Assembly (NCBI GenBank): GCA_035484155.1
Contig: DATHPF010000056.1
Span: 3,291-67,290 of the forward strand
Direction: 5' to 3'
Length of the DNA stretch: 64,000 nucleotides
DNA from: Streptosporangiaceae bacterium
Lineage (GTDB): Bacteria; Actinomycetota; Actinomycetes; Streptosporangiales; Streptosporangiaceae
Shown here: piece by piece, positions 37,118 to 47,165 of the stretch
How the letters are laid out: each line of letters starts with the position of its first letter
How positions within the stretch are numbered: the stretch's first letter is position 1
Translations under genes and position numbers: made by a program
The notes under the pieces: generated by a model
What the model was told of the DNA's origin: nothing
The model's database searches: none
What the model saw: the letters and a program-made list of their open reading frames with translations, nothing else

Positions 37118-37407
37118 CAGCGTTCCTCGTCCCGCATTGCGTTGAGAGTCTCGGAGAGGCTGTCACTGCCATCGCCTGGCAGCATGCGGGGACGGTAACC
37201 CGGTCGCCGGGCGAGCGACGCTCGCCCGGAGGCGACCAGGCGCGCCAGGATCGGCGTCGGCTCGCGTGCCCCGACGGGAACGATGCGCGCGACAAGCCGC
37301 CCGTGCTCGGTGACATCGATAGTCTCGCCATGCCGGACCCGCGCCAGGACCTCGCTCGTGTGGTGGCGCAGGTCCCTCAGTCCGACTGAATGTGCGTCCG
37401 TTGTCAT
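37114..37407 (-). CDS. Type II antitoxin, Phd/YefM family
   Basis: 'VGLRDLRHHTSEVLARVRHGETIDVTEHGRLVARIVP'. 97 aa. Confidence 0.8.
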   Translation of the reverse strand: MTTDAHSVGLRDLRHHTSEVLARVRHGETIDVTEHGRLVARIVPVGAREPTPILARLVASGRASLARRPGYRPRMLPGDGSDSLSETLNAMRDEERW

Positions 37408-37413
37408 GGCTAC

Positions 37414-37432
37414 AATGTATCACAATTTTGTG
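37414..37432 (-). promoter_or_regulatory. Putative antitoxin promoter/operator
   Basis: On the minus strand, TACATT (37419-37414) ends 6 nt before the ATG, which is compatible with a leaderless transcript. The inverted repeat CACAA-AA-TTGTG (37432-37421) lies immediately upstream. Confidence 0.3.
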
Positions 37433-37504
37433 GCCACATCAGCTGGCGCGCTGTAGGGACAGCGACGCCACCACCACCACGACGTATCCGGTGGACGGCC
37501 TGGT

Positions 37505-38197
37505 TCAGGAGTCCGCCGAGACAGATCCGATTGGGCCGCTGGCCCTCACGACCCCGATCGGGCAGGACACGCCAGTGCCGTGGTCAGGGCAGTACCCATA
37601 CGGATTCTTGGCGTCGCTCAGGTACTGCTGGTGGTAGTCCTCGGCGAAGTAGAAGGTGCCCGCGGGCACGATTTCCGTCGTGATATCGCCGTATCCGGCC
37701 TCCGACAGTCTCTTCTGGTAATTCGCCCGCGACTCCTCGGCCTCGGCCTGCTGCCGCGGGGACTGGTAGAAGATCGCCGACCGGTACTGGCTGCCGACGT
37801 CGTTGCCCTGACGCATGCCCTGCGTGGGGTTATGGGACTCCCAGAAGACCTTCAGCAACTCGGCGTAGCTGACCTTCGCGGGGTCGAACACGACGCGCAC
37901 AGACTCGGCGTGGCCAGTTCGGCCGCTGCAGACCTCCTCGTACGTCGGATTAGGGGTGAATCCGCCCTCGTAGCCGACGGCGGTCGAGACCACGCCGGGC
38001 GTCTGCCAGAAGTTCTTCTCTGCGCCCCAGAAACAGCCCAGCGCGAACTCGGCGACCTCGGTACCTGCCGGATACGGCGGCAGCAGCGACGTCTCGAGCA
38101 CCTCGTGCCGAGCGGGGACCCGCATGGCAGTCTCGCGCCCCGGCAGTGCGTCCTGCGCCGTCACCATCTGCGCCTTGCGCTGTCCGAATATGCTCAC
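37505..38197 (-). CDS. msrA: Peptide-methionine (S)-S-oxide reductase
   Basis: '[16 protein letters not shown]' active site. GTG 38197 preceded by 'gaggagg'. Confidence 0.9.
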   Translation of the reverse strand: MSIFGQRKAQMVTAQDALPGRETAMRVPARHEVLETSLLPPYPAGTEVAEFALGCFWGAEKNFWQTPGVVSTAVGYEGGFTPNPTYEEVCSGRTGHAESVRVVFDPAKVSYAELLKVFWESHNPTQGMRQGNDVGSQYRSAIFYQSPRQQAEAEESRANYQKRLSEAGYGDITTEIVPAGTFYFAEDYHQQYLSDAKNPYGYCPDHGTGVSCPIGVVRASGPIGSVSADS

Positions 38198-38297
38198 TGT
38201 TCCTCCTCGCGTCGCCAAGCACAACGAGCCGGCCATGCCCTGGATTCCCCGCCCGCCGCTGGCCGGTACGCTGCGCCCGCTATACCCAGATATCTGG

Positions 38298-39005
38298 TTA
38301 CTTGAGGTTGTTCAGGTTCAGCACCTGGTTCGCCGGCGGAGCGACCGCCTGCGGCGCTGCGTTCCACTGCGAGTAGGTGACCACCTCGTGGGTGCTCCCG
38401 CCGGTGGAGGCCGCTATCGGGTAGTGCTGATTCGAGGTGCTGACGTCCAGCTTGCTCCCGTCAGACGCGCGCAGCACCCAGGCAGAGTGGCCGTTGACGG
38501 TCGCCTTGCCAGCTTGAGTGAGCGCTGGCACCTGACCAGAGGTGAGCGGGGCGGTCAGGCTGTTCATGCTGAGATCGCCGGTGAGCTGACCCGCTTCGGC
38601 GGTGGTCAGCTGGAGCCACTTGCCGCAGACAACGGCGCAGGCACTAGCCGGCGCCTTGACCTCCTGGAGGAACGCAGGCGTCGCCTTGATGTAGGTCAGG
38701 TTGTTGAGGCCGACGACCTGGAACGGGGCCGCATTCTGACTGACAGTTCCGGACACGTCCCCGTTCCTGTGCAAATCCAAGTCCACGCTGATCGGAGTGC
38801 CGCTGCTGGTCAGGTTCCCGGTCACGTGCACGCTGCTTGCCTGCCGCACCGACGCCTGCATCGCGGTCAGCAGCGCAGCCGACGATGGCTCTTTGGGCGG
38901 AGCGCTCACCGAACCGCTCATTGATCCGCTGCCACCGCACGCCGTTATGACGATGGCCGCGCAGCCAGCGACTCCGGCAGTCAGCAGTTTGCCTAGCACG
39001 CCCAT
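38298..39005 (-). CDS. Lipoprotein of unknown function
   Basis: Lipobox 'AAIVITAC' after a hydrophobic signal. 235 aa, beta-rich. Confidence 0.7.
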   Translation of the reverse strand: MGVLGKLLTAGVAGCAAIVITACGGSGSMSGSVSAPPKEPSSAALLTAMQASVRQASSVHVTGNLTSSGTPISVDLDLHRNGDVSGTVSQNAAPFQVVGLNNLTYIKATPAFLQEVKAPASACAVVCGKWLQLTTAEAGQLTGDLSMNSLTAPLTSGQVPALTQAGKATVNGHSAWVLRASDGSKLDVSTSNQHYPIAASTGGSTHEVVTYSQWNAAPQAVAPPANQVLNLNNLK

Positions 39006-39014
39006 AAGGGCTGA

Positions 39015-40010
39015 CTACCCCGTGCGCTCGACCACGAACTCGCACAAAGCCTCGAATGCCGTCCGGGCCGGGACGTCGGGCAGGCCAAGGATCTGTCTGC
39101 GGGCCTGGTCAGCCCAGCGCCGAGTGTCTGCCTTGGCCATGTCCATGGCCGGATGGCTCCGCAGCAGGCCCAGCGCCTCCTCGTGCAGCGCAGGATCAGT
39201 GAGCTCGCCCATGCTGAGCAGGTCGACGAGCCTGCCGCCAGCCCCGTCGGCTGACCGCAAGGCATGCAGCATCGGCAGCGTGCGCACGCCCTCGCGCAGG
39301 TCCGTGCCGGGCGTCTTGCCGGACTGCGCCGATTCGCTCGCCACATCGAGGATGTCGTCGGACAGCTGGAAGGCCACGCCGAGCGCCGCGCAGGCAGGCG
39401 TAATCCGCTCGACTACGCTCGGCGGCGCACCCGAGTACATCGCGCCGAACTGCCCCGCCGTCGCGATGAGCGAAGCCGTCTTCTCGGTCACGACCCGCAT
39501 GTAATGCTCGAGCGGATCGTCGCCAGGCCGGCAGCCTATGGTCTCGGCGATCTGGCCCGTGACCAGACGCTCGAAGGTGTCGGCCTGAATCCTGATCGCG
39601 TCCGGACCGAGGCTGGCCAGGATCGCTGACGCCTTGGCGAACAAGTAATCGCCCGTCAGGATCGCGACGGTGTTGCCCCAGCGAGAGTTCGCGCTATCGC
39701 CGCCGCGACGGACAACCGCCTCATCCATCACGTCGTCGTGGTACAGGGTGGCGAGGTGGGTCAGTTCGACGGCCACGGCGGCCGGCACGACCCGCGGATC
39801 TCTGGGATCGCCGAACTGGGCAGCGAGCAGGACCAGCGTCGGACGGAATCGCTTACCGCCGGCTTCCATCAAGTGCGCGGAGGCCTCAGCGAGCACGTCG
39901 TGCCCAGCGTGCGCGGCCACGCGCAGGCCTTCCTCGACCAGGGCAAGCCCGTCGACGACATCGGACGCGAGCGCTGCGTCGGTGAGTTCCATCGGAACGG
40001 CGGCAATCAC
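39015..40010 (-). CDS. Polyprenyl diphosphate synthase (menaquinone side-chain type)
   Basis: FARM 'LYHDDVMDEA' and SARM 'FQLSDDILDV'. Alternative ATG start at 39992. Confidence 0.9.
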   Translation of the reverse strand: MIAAVPMELTDAALASDVVDGLALVEEGLRVAAHAGHDVLAEASAHLMEAGGKRFRPTLVLLAAQFGDPRDPRVVPAAVAVELTHLATLYHDDVMDEAVVRRGGDSANSRWGNTVAILTGDYLFAKASAILASLGPDAIRIQADTFERLVTGQIAETIGCRPGDDPLEHYMRVVTEKTASLIATAGQFGAMYSGAPPSVVERITPACAALGVAFQLSDDILDVASESAQSGKTPGTDLREGVRTLPMLHALRSADGAGGRLVDLLSMGELTDPALHEEALGLLRSHPAMDMAKADTRRWADQARRQILGLPDVPARTAFEALCEFVVERTG

Positions 40011-40125
40011 GTGGGTCCCCTCATGGCTCGCCGATCCTAGAACGCGGGCCAGTCATAGCTGAGGCTATCCTCCAGCCTTCACCAAGATATGCGCCTAGCT
40101 TGGCAACGGCTGGACTGCGGTCCTG

Positions 40126-41712
40126 CTAGCGGACGAACAGCGAGCTGGCCGCGTGGTTCGCCAGGTTCAGCAGCGGTTGCGGGACCACGCCGAGCACGAT
40201 AGTCGCAACTGCGCCGATGGCGACGGCCACGCCGGTGTACGCGCTCGGCCGGATTACGACCGGACCCTCAGCCGCGGGCTCGCTGAAAAACATCAGCACG
40301 ATGACCCGGACGTACGGGAACGCAAGGATGGCGCTACTGATCACGCCGACGATGACGAGCGGCAGTGCCCCGCCCTGGATAGCCGCGTTGAACACCGCGA
40401 ACTTGCTAGTGAATCCGCTGGTGAGCGGGATGCCTGCGAACGCGATCAAGAACAGCGCGAAGACCCCGGCCACCAGTGGCGAGCGCTTGCCGAGGCCCGC
40501 CCAGCTCGACATGTGCGCCGCCTCACCGCCCCGGTCGCGCACCAGCGTCACGATGGCGAATGCGCCGATGGTCGCGAAGCCGTACGCGGCCAGGTAGAAC
40601 ATGCTGCCCGACAGGCCGGCCGTGTTGGCCGCGACGACGCCGGTGAGGATGTAGCCGGCTTGCGCGATCGAGGAGTAGGCGAGCAGCCGCTTCATGTCCG
40701 TCTGCGTGATCGCGATGATCGAGCCGACCAGCATGGTCAAAATGGCGACGCCCCACATAGCCGGCCGCCAGTCCCAGGTCAGCTGGCCAAACGCGACGTA
40801 GAAGACGCGCAGCAGCGCGCCAAAGGCCGCTACCAGCGTGCACGACGCCATCAGCGCGGTGACGGGCGTCGGCGAGCCCTGGTAAACGTCAGGCTTCCAG
40901 GCGTGGAACGGCACGGCCCCGATCTTGAACAGCAGGCCGAGGCCGACCAGCCCGATCCCGGCGTACAGCAGCGTCGCCGACTGCGTGCCGGACTGGGCGG
41001 CCGTCGCGATCGCAGACAGCTGCACCGAGCCCGAGAACCCGTACAGCATGGCCACGCCGAAGATGAAGAACGCCGATGAGAACGCGCCCAGCAGGAAGTA
41101 CTTCATCGCGGCTTCCTGGGACAGCAGACGGCGGCGGCGCGCCAGGCCGCACAGCAGGTACAGCGGCAGCGACAGCACCTCGAGCCCGATGAACATTGTC
41201 AGCAGGTCGTTAGCCGCCGGGAACAACAGCATGCCGCCGACGGCAAACAAAGTCAGCGGGTAGACCTCGGTGTGCGCGACGCCGGCCAGTATGCCCTCGC
41301 GCTCCTCGGCGCTACCGGGAATGGCGGCGGCCTGCGGCGTGAAAGCGCTGACCTCACGCGACGACTCCGCGATCAGCAGCACGCTCACGAACGCGAGGAT
41401 CAGGATCGTTGCCTGGATGAACAGCGTGGGCCGGTCGACGCCCACGGCGCCCACGGCGACCACGGCGCCGTGCTTACCGTCAGCGAAGATCGAACTGCGG
41501 GCAGCGAGCACGATGGTGAGCACGAACGCGCCCGCCAGGCTGCCGAGCGCCAGCACGATGTGCATCGGCCGTCGCAGGTCGCGAGCGGCGAACGCTTCGA
41601 TCAGCACGCCCGCCAGGGCGGCGGCGAAGACCAGCAGCATCGGGGAGAGCAGGCTCCACTCGATGTGCGGGGCCGCGATAGTTGGCGCGGCAGCCGCCAC
41701 GATCCGGGTCAC
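40126..41712 (-). CDS. nuoN: NADH-quinone oxidoreductase subunit N
   Basis: Antiporter-like polytopic protein, last gene in nuo order. GTGA overlap with the nuoM stop. Confidence 0.9.
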   Translation of the reverse strand: MTRIVAAAAPTIAAPHIEWSLLSPMLLVFAAALAGVLIEAFAARDLRRPMHIVLALGSLAGAFVLTIVLAARSSIFADGKHGAVVAVGAVGVDRPTLFIQATILILAFVSVLLIAESSREVSAFTPQAAAIPGSAEEREGILAGVAHTEVYPLTLFAVGGMLLFPAANDLLTMFIGLEVLSLPLYLLCGLARRRRLLSQEAAMKYFLLGAFSSAFFIFGVAMLYGFSGSVQLSAIATAAQSGTQSATLLYAGIGLVGLGLLFKIGAVPFHAWKPDVYQGSPTPVTALMASCTLVAAFGALLRVFYVAFGQLTWDWRPAMWGVAILTMLVGSIIAITQTDMKRLLAYSSIAQAGYILTGVVAANTAGLSGSMFYLAAYGFATIGAFAIVTLVRDRGGEAAHMSSWAGLGKRSPLVAGVFALFLIAFAGIPLTSGFTSKFAVFNAAIQGGALPLVIVGVISSAILAFPYVRVIVLMFFSEPAAEGPVVIRPSAYTGVAVAIGAVATIVLGVVPQPLLNLANHAASSLFVR

Positions 41713-43493
41713 CCCGAGCTCCCTTGCTTCAGTACAGGCGTCAGTGCAGGCTGTGTCAGGGTCGGCTGAGTCAGTGCAGGCTGGGTCAGTGCAGGCTGGG
41801 TCAGTGCAGGCTGGGTCAGGCGGGTCGCCTGGCCCAGGTCAGGGACCCAGGCGTGGTGCACGAGACTGGTCGTACTCACCGGGCTGACCGGCTGGGCCGG
41901 ATGCGGCGGTACCGGGTCAGTGGAATGCGTCCCCACCAGCGTGCTGTGCACGGCCGGATTGATGATGTTGAGAACCGGCTTGGGGTACACCCCGAGCACG
42001 ATGATGAGCGCGATCAGCGGCCCGACGGCCCACAGTTCACGTGGCTTCAGGTCAGGCATGTTCGCCACCTCGGCCCGCACCGGCCCGGTCATCGTCCGCT
42101 GGTACATCCACAGGATGTAGATCGCGGCCAGGATGATGCCGAGCGTCGCCAGGATCGCGGCTGCCTCGTACCTGGTGAAGGTGCCGACGAGCACCAGGAA
42201 CTCGCTCACGAACGTGTTCAGGCCAGGCAGCGACAGGCCGGCCAGGCCGGCGATCAGGAACAGCCCGGCCAGCACGGGGGCGACCTTCTGCACCCCGCCG
42301 TAGTCGGAGATCAGATGCGAGCCGCGCCTGCTCACCATGAACCCGGCCAGGATGAACAGTGCACCGGTGGCGAAGCCGTGGTTCACCATGTAGAGCGTCG
42401 CCCCGGACTGGCCCTGGCTGGTCATGGCGAAGATGCCAAGCGTAATCAGGCCCATGTGAGACACCGAGGTGTAGGCGATCAGGCGCTTCATGTCGGCCTG
42501 GCCGATCGCCACTATGGCGCCGTAGAGGACGCCGATCACTGACAGGGTGATGACCAGGCCAGCGAAGTAGTGCGAGGCCGCCGGGAACAGGTCCAGGCAG
42601 TATCGGATCATGCCGAACGTGCCGACCTTGTCCAGCACGCCGACCAGCAGCACCGCTGCGCCAGGCTGCGCCGACGTGGCGGCGTCAGGCAGCCAGGTGT
42701 GGAATGGCCACAGCGGCGCCTTGATCGCGAAGGCGATGAAGAAGCCGAGGAATAGCCACTTCTGCGCGGTCGAGCTCAGCACCACGTGGGTCAGCGACGT
42801 GAACAAGAACGTGCCCTGATGCCCGCCGTGGGTGGAGTACACGAACAGCGCGATGACCGCGACCAGCATGAGCAGGCCGCCGAGCAGGCTGTACAGCAGG
42901 AACTTCACCGCCGCGTACTGCCGCTGGCCGACGCCGAAGCTGCCGATCATGAAGTACATCGGCACAAGCATGGCCTCGAAGAACACGTAGAACAGGAAGA
43001 CGTCGGTGGCCGCGAAGACGCCGATCATCATGGTCTCGAGTACGAGCATCATGGCGAAGTACGACTTCGCGCTGCGCACTCGCGGCTGCCGCCCCCCGCT
43101 CGCGGTAGCCGCGGCACTCGCGGCGGCGGAGACGTCCTCGACGTCGTTCCAGGACGCTAGCACCACAACCGGCATCAGCACGACGGACATGAGGATCAGC
43201 ACGAGCGCGATGCCGTCCACGCCGACCGCGTAGTGGACGCCGAACTGCGGGATCCACTGGTAGACCTGCTGGAACTGGAACCGGGGGCCGCCGGCCTTGA
43301 ACTGCACGGCCATAGCGATCGTGACCCCGAGGGTCACCAGCGAGAACACCAGCGCGATCCGCTTGACCAGCAGGTCACGAGCCCTCTTGTCGGCTGGGCT
43401 GCCAGGGGCTGACCTGCCCGGGGTCAGCGCGATCGCGACCGCGCCAACAAGCGGGACGGCGCCCGCTACGGTCAGCCAGGGGAAATTGCTCAT
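41709..43493 (-). CDS. nuoM: NADH-quinone oxidoreductase subunit M, with about 70-aa C-terminal extension
   Basis: Antiporter-like. 'FFEAMLVPMYFMIG...PLWPFHTWLPDA'. Carries a repeat-containing tail. Confidence 0.9.
   Translation of the reverse strand: MSNFPWLTVAGAVPLVGAVAIALTPGRSAPGSPADKRARDLLVKRIALVFSLVTLGVTIAMAVQFKAGGPRFQFQQVYQWIPQFGVHYAVGVDGIALVLILMSVVLMPVVVLASWNDVEDVSAAASAAATASGGRQPRVRSAKSYFAMMLVLETMMIGVFAATDVFLFYVFFEAMLVPMYFMIGSFGVGQRQYAAVKFLLYSLLGGLLMLVAVIALFVYSTHGGHQGTFLFTSLTHVVLSSTAQKWLFLGFFIAFAIKAPLWPFHTWLPDAATSAQPGAAVLLVGVLDKVGTFGMIRYCLDLFPAASHYFAGLVITLSVIGVLYGAIVAIGQADMKRLIAYTSVSHMGLITLGIFAMTSQGQSGATLYMVNHGFATGALFILAGFMVSRRGSHLISDYGGVQKVAPVLAGLFLIAGLAGLSLPGLNTFVSEFLVLVGTFTRYEAAAILATLGIILAAIYILWMYQRTMTGPVRAEVANMPDLKPRELWAVGPLIALIIVLGVYPKPVLNIINPAVHSTLVGTHSTDPVPPHPAQPVSPVSTTSLVHHAWVPDLGQATRLTQPALTQPALTQPALTQPTLTQPALTPVLKQGSSG
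41745..41819 (-). repeat. 15-bp x5 in-frame tandem repeat (LTQPA/LTQPT) in the NuoM C-terminal tail
   Basis: + strand tgcaggctgggtcag x3 are perfect copies, plus ggtcggctgagtcag and tgcaggctgtgtcag. Encodes 'LTQPALTQPALTQPALTQPTLTQPA'. Confidence 0.9.
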
Positions 43494-43515
43494 CAGATCC
43501 GCAGCATCCTCAGCT

Positions 43516-45456
43516 CTAGAACCTCACCAGCAGGAACGCGCCGACCAGCAGCACGGCCCCGACCAGCATCGACAGCGCGTACGACCGCACCAGCCCTGAC
43601 TCCCACTTCCGCAGGCGCCCGGACGAGCCGCCGAACGTGGCCGCCACCGTGTTGACGATTCCGTCCAGACCGCGGTTGTCGAAGAACACCGACAGCCTGG
43701 TCATCCACATGCCGGGCCGCATCAGCAGCCCCTCGTTGATGGCGTCGCCGTACAGGTCCTTGCGGGCAGCCACCGTGATCGGACTGCCAGCCGGGGCCGT
43801 GACCGGGATCTCGCGCCGGCCATATAGCGCCCACGCGATCGCCGCCCCGATGACCACGAGTACCAGCGTGATCACGCCGTACGTCGTCCAGATGCCGTGC
43901 GAGGTCGGGGGGACGCCGGTGACCGGGCCGAGGAAGTTCAGCAGCCGGTTACCGAGGATCAGGAACCCGCCGGCCGCGACCGAGCCGATGGCCAGCACGA
44001 CCATCGGCGACGTCATTACCGGCGGCGCTTCGTGCGGGTGGACGCCGTCGTCCCAGCGGCGCCCGTTGGCGAACGTCATGAACATGACCCTGGTCATATA
44101 GAACGCGGTGATTCCGGCCCCGATCAGCGCTGCGGTGCCCAGCAGGGCACCGGACACGCCGCCCTTGGCGAAGGCAGCGTCGATGATCGGGTCCTTAGTG
44201 AAGAATCCGGAGAACGGCGGGACGCCGATGATCGCCAGGTACCCGAGGCCGAACGTGACGAAGGTGATCGGCATGACCTTCGCCAGCCCGCCGAAGCGGC
44301 GCATGTCGACCTCGTCGTTCATCTCGTGCTTGACAGACCCGGCGCCAAGGAACAGGCCGGCCTTGAAGAAGCCGTGCGCGATCAGGTGCGCGATCGCGAA
44401 GACGTAGCCAGCCGGACCGAGGCCAGCCGCCAGCATCATGTAGCCGATCTGGCTCATCGTGGATCCGGCCAGCGCCTTCTTGATGTCGTCCTTCGCGCAG
44501 CCGATGATGGCGCCCCACAGCAGCGTGACCGCACCCACGATCGCGACGGCGAGCCTGGCATCCGCGGTCAGGTTGAAGATCGGCGCGGACCTGACGATGA
44601 GGTAGACACCGGCGGTCACCATCGTGGCCGCATGGATGAGCGCGGACACCGGGGTCGGGCCTTCCATGGCGTCCAGCAGCCAGGACTGGAGTGGCAGCTG
44701 CGCCGACTTGCCGCACGCGCCGAGCAGCAGCAGGAGGCCGAGCGCGGTCACCACGCCGTGGTTCGCCGACCCCACCGCGCCGAACACGCCGGTGAAAGTA
44801 ACGGTGCCGAACTGCTGGAACATCAGCATGATCGCCACCGACAAGCCGACATCACCGACACGGTTGGCGATGAAGGCCTTCTTGGCCGCCGTCGCCGCCG
44901 TCGGCTTGTACTGCCAGAACCCGATCAGCAGGTAGGAGGCCAGGCCGACGCCCTCCCAGCCTGCGTACAGGACGAGGTAGTTGCTGGCCAGCACTAGCAG
45001 CAGCATGGCCGCGAGGAACAGGTTCATGTACCCGAAGAAGCGGCGCCGCTCCGGGTCATTCGCCATGTAGCCGACCGCGAAGATGTGGATGAGCGAGCCG
45101 ACGCCGGTGATCAGGAGCACGAAGCAGATGGACAGCTGGTCCAGGCGCAGGCCAAGCGGGACCTGGAACCTGGCGACGTCGATCCACTGAAAGACCGTCA
45201 GCTCGCGGACGCGCTCCGCGGCCGGGTAGCCGAGCATCTGCACGTACGCCGCTATGCCGTACGCGAGGGCCAGCACTGGCATGGCCACGCCAAGCAGATG
45301 GCCCCACGAGTTAGTGCGCTTGCCGCCGAGCAGCAGCACCGCGGCACCGAACAGCGGGAACGCCAGCAGCAGCCAGGCGGCATCCTGGATGCCGGTGGCG
45401 TGCAAGGGCGTCAGCGCGGCATGCGACACCAGCGCACTGTGGACTGAGCCGGTCAT
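43516..45456 (-). CDS. nuoL: NADH-quinone oxidoreductase subunit L
   Basis: 646-aa antiporter-like subunit with a C-terminal lateral-helix region. Position in operon. Confidence 0.9.
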   Translation of the reverse strand: MTGSVHSALVSHAALTPLHATGIQDAAWLLLAFPLFGAAVLLLGGKRTNSWGHLLGVAMPVLALAYGIAAYVQMLGYPAAERVRELTVFQWIDVARFQVPLGLRLDQLSICFVLLITGVGSLIHIFAVGYMANDPERRRFFGYMNLFLAAMLLLVLASNYLVLYAGWEGVGLASYLLIGFWQYKPTAATAAKKAFIANRVGDVGLSVAIMLMFQQFGTVTFTGVFGAVGSANHGVVTALGLLLLLGACGKSAQLPLQSWLLDAMEGPTPVSALIHAATMVTAGVYLIVRSAPIFNLTADARLAVAIVGAVTLLWGAIIGCAKDDIKKALAGSTMSQIGYMMLAAGLGPAGYVFAIAHLIAHGFFKAGLFLGAGSVKHEMNDEVDMRRFGGLAKVMPITFVTFGLGYLAIIGVPPFSGFFTKDPIIDAAFAKGGVSGALLGTAALIGAGITAFYMTRVMFMTFANGRRWDDGVHPHEAPPVMTSPMVVLAIGSVAAGGFLILGNRLLNFLGPVTGVPPTSHGIWTTYGVITLVLVVIGAAIAWALYGRREIPVTAPAGSPITVAARKDLYGDAINEGLLMRPGMWMTRLSVFFDNRGLDGIVNTVAATFGGSSGRLRKWESGLVRSYALSMLVGAVLLVGAFLLVRF

Positions 45457-45468
45457 GGCTCCCTCTCG

Positions 45469-45771
45469 TCAGTACTTCATCAGGTTCGCGTCGTCCACCG
45501 ACGCGGACCTGCGGGATCTGAAGATGGCGGTCAGGATCGCCAGACCGACGACCACCTCAGCGGCGGCGACCACCATCACGAAGAAGGCGATCACCTGGCC
45601 GTCGAGTGCACCGTGTACACGGGAGAACGTCACGAAAGCCAGGTTGGCCGCGTTGAGCATGAGCTCCACGCACATGAACACCACGATCGCGTTGCGCCGG
45701 ACTAGCACGCCGACGGCACCGATCACGAACAAGATCACCGACAGGGCGATGAAGTGACCTGGGGTTACCAC
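45469..45771 (-). CDS. nuoK: NADH-quinone oxidoreductase subunit K
   Basis: 100 aa, three helices. '[15 protein letters not shown]'. Confidence 0.9.
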   Translation of the reverse strand: MVTPGHFIALSVILFVIGAVGVLVRRNAIVVFMCVELMLNAANLAFVTFSRVHGALDGQVIAFFVMVVAAAEVVVGLAILTAIFRSRRSASVDDANLMKY

Positions 45772-46634
45772 TAGTGGTCACCTGCTTCCTGGCCGGCCGA
45801 GCCGCCCGTCCCGGCTGAGGCGCCCGTCCCGCCTGAGTTGCCTGGGCCGACTGAGGTGCCCGTCCCGCCCGGCAGCGCGGGCGGCGCGCTGGCGCCGCCG
45901 GTACGGCCCGACAGCGCCGGACTCACCGACAGCACCTGGCTGACCGACAGCTCCGACTGGCTGCCGTCTGGCAGCAGTGCGGGCATGTCCACAGCGTTGT
46001 GCTGGGCGTAGGTGCCAGGGCCTGGCAGCGGCGTCGGCCGCCCGCTGGCAACCCGCTGAGCCGCGAGATCGCGCTGAGTCGGCTTCGCCGTGATGCGCTC
46101 ACGGTGCGCCAGCACCATGGCGCCCACCGCGGCCGTGATCAGCAGGGCGCTGGTGATCTCGAACGGATACACGTACCTGGTGAAGATCAGGTTGGCCAGC
46201 GAAGTGACGTTGGCGTTACCGAACTTGGGGCTCGCAGGCGCTTGGGGCCCGATGACGGCATTGCCGATGACCAGGCTGAGCAGCACCAGCATGGCGATGC
46301 CCCCCACGGTCGCCCACAGCCGCTGGCCGCGGATCGTCTCGACGATCGAGTCGGCGGCCGAGATGCCGACGATCATCAAGACGAACAGGAACAGCATGAG
46401 GACCGCGCCGGTGTAGACGATGATCTGGACCAGGGCCAGGAACGGCGCGCCCAGCATCAGGTACAGGATGGCCAGCGACAGCATGACAACCGCCAGCAGC
46501 ACCGCGCAGTGCACCGCCTTGCGGGCCAGCACCATGCCGAGTGCGGCGCCCACCGAGATGATCGCGAGCACCCAGAACCCGATCAGCCTGCTGGTCTCGG
46601 CCGCCGGGCCGGCCAGCACGAAGGTATGGCTCAC
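45771..46634 (-). CDS. nuoJ: NADH-quinone oxidoreductase subunit J, with Gly/Ser/Thr-rich C-terminal tail
   Basis: N-terminal 170 aa are typical NuoJ helices. The tail '[26 protein letters not shown]' is encoded by imperfect repeats of gcccgtcccgcc-type units. Confidence 0.88.
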   Translation of the reverse strand: MSHTFVLAGPAAETSRLIGFWVLAIISVGAALGMVLARKAVHCAVLLAVVMLSLAILYLMLGAPFLALVQIIVYTGAVLMLFLFVLMIVGISAADSIVETIRGQRLWATVGGIAMLVLLSLVIGNAVIGPQAPASPKFGNANVTSLANLIFTRYVYPFEITSALLITAAVGAMVLAHRERITAKPTQRDLAAQRVASGRPTPLPGPGTYAQHNAVDMPALLPDGSQSELSVSQVLSVSPALSGRTGGASAPPALPGGTGTSVGPGNSGGTGASAGTGGSAGQEAGDH

Positions 46635-47164
46635 TGCTCCCCTCCTGGCTCAGTGCGTGCCAGCATCGCGCCCAGGCGGTAGTAGTCCTCCTCGGTCTCG
46701 CCGAGCCGCATCGGGTGCGGGGGCGCCTCCATGCCGGACTGCAGCGGAGCGACCAGCTGCTCCTTGGTCCAGATCAGGCTCTCCCGGCTGTCGTCGGCCA
46801 GCTCGTACTCGTTGGTCATCGTCAGCGCCCGGGTCGGGCACGCCTCGATGCACAGCCCGCAGAGGATGCAGCGCAGGTAGTTGATCTGGTAGACCCGGCC
46901 GTACCGCTCACCCGGCGAGTACCGCTCTTCGGCCGTGTTGTCCGCGCCTTCCACGTAGATCGCGTCCGCGGGGCAGGCCCACGCGCATAGCTCGCAGCCG
47001 ATGCACTTCTCCAGGCCGTCCGGCCACCGGTTGAGCTGGTGGCGGCCGTGGAAACGCGGCGCCGTCGGCCGCTTCACCTCCGGGTACTCCACGGTGTCGA
47101 CCTTGCGGAACATCTGCCGGAACGTGACGCCAAAGCCCTTGATCGTATTGAGGAAGGCAGGCAC
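46631..47164 (-). CDS. nuoI: NADH-quinone oxidoreductase subunit I
   Basis: Two 4Fe-4S motifs, '[12 protein letters not shown]' and '[12 protein letters not shown]'. Confidence 0.92.
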   Translation of the reverse strand: MPAFLNTIKGFGVTFRQMFRKVDTVEYPEVKRPTAPRFHGRHQLNRWPDGLEKCIGCELCAWACPADAIYVEGADNTAEERYSPGERYGRVYQINYLRCILCGLCIEACPTRALTMTNEYELADDSRESLIWTKEQLVAPLQSGMEAPPHPMRLGETEEDYYRLGAMLARTEPGGEQ

Positions 47165-47165
47165 C

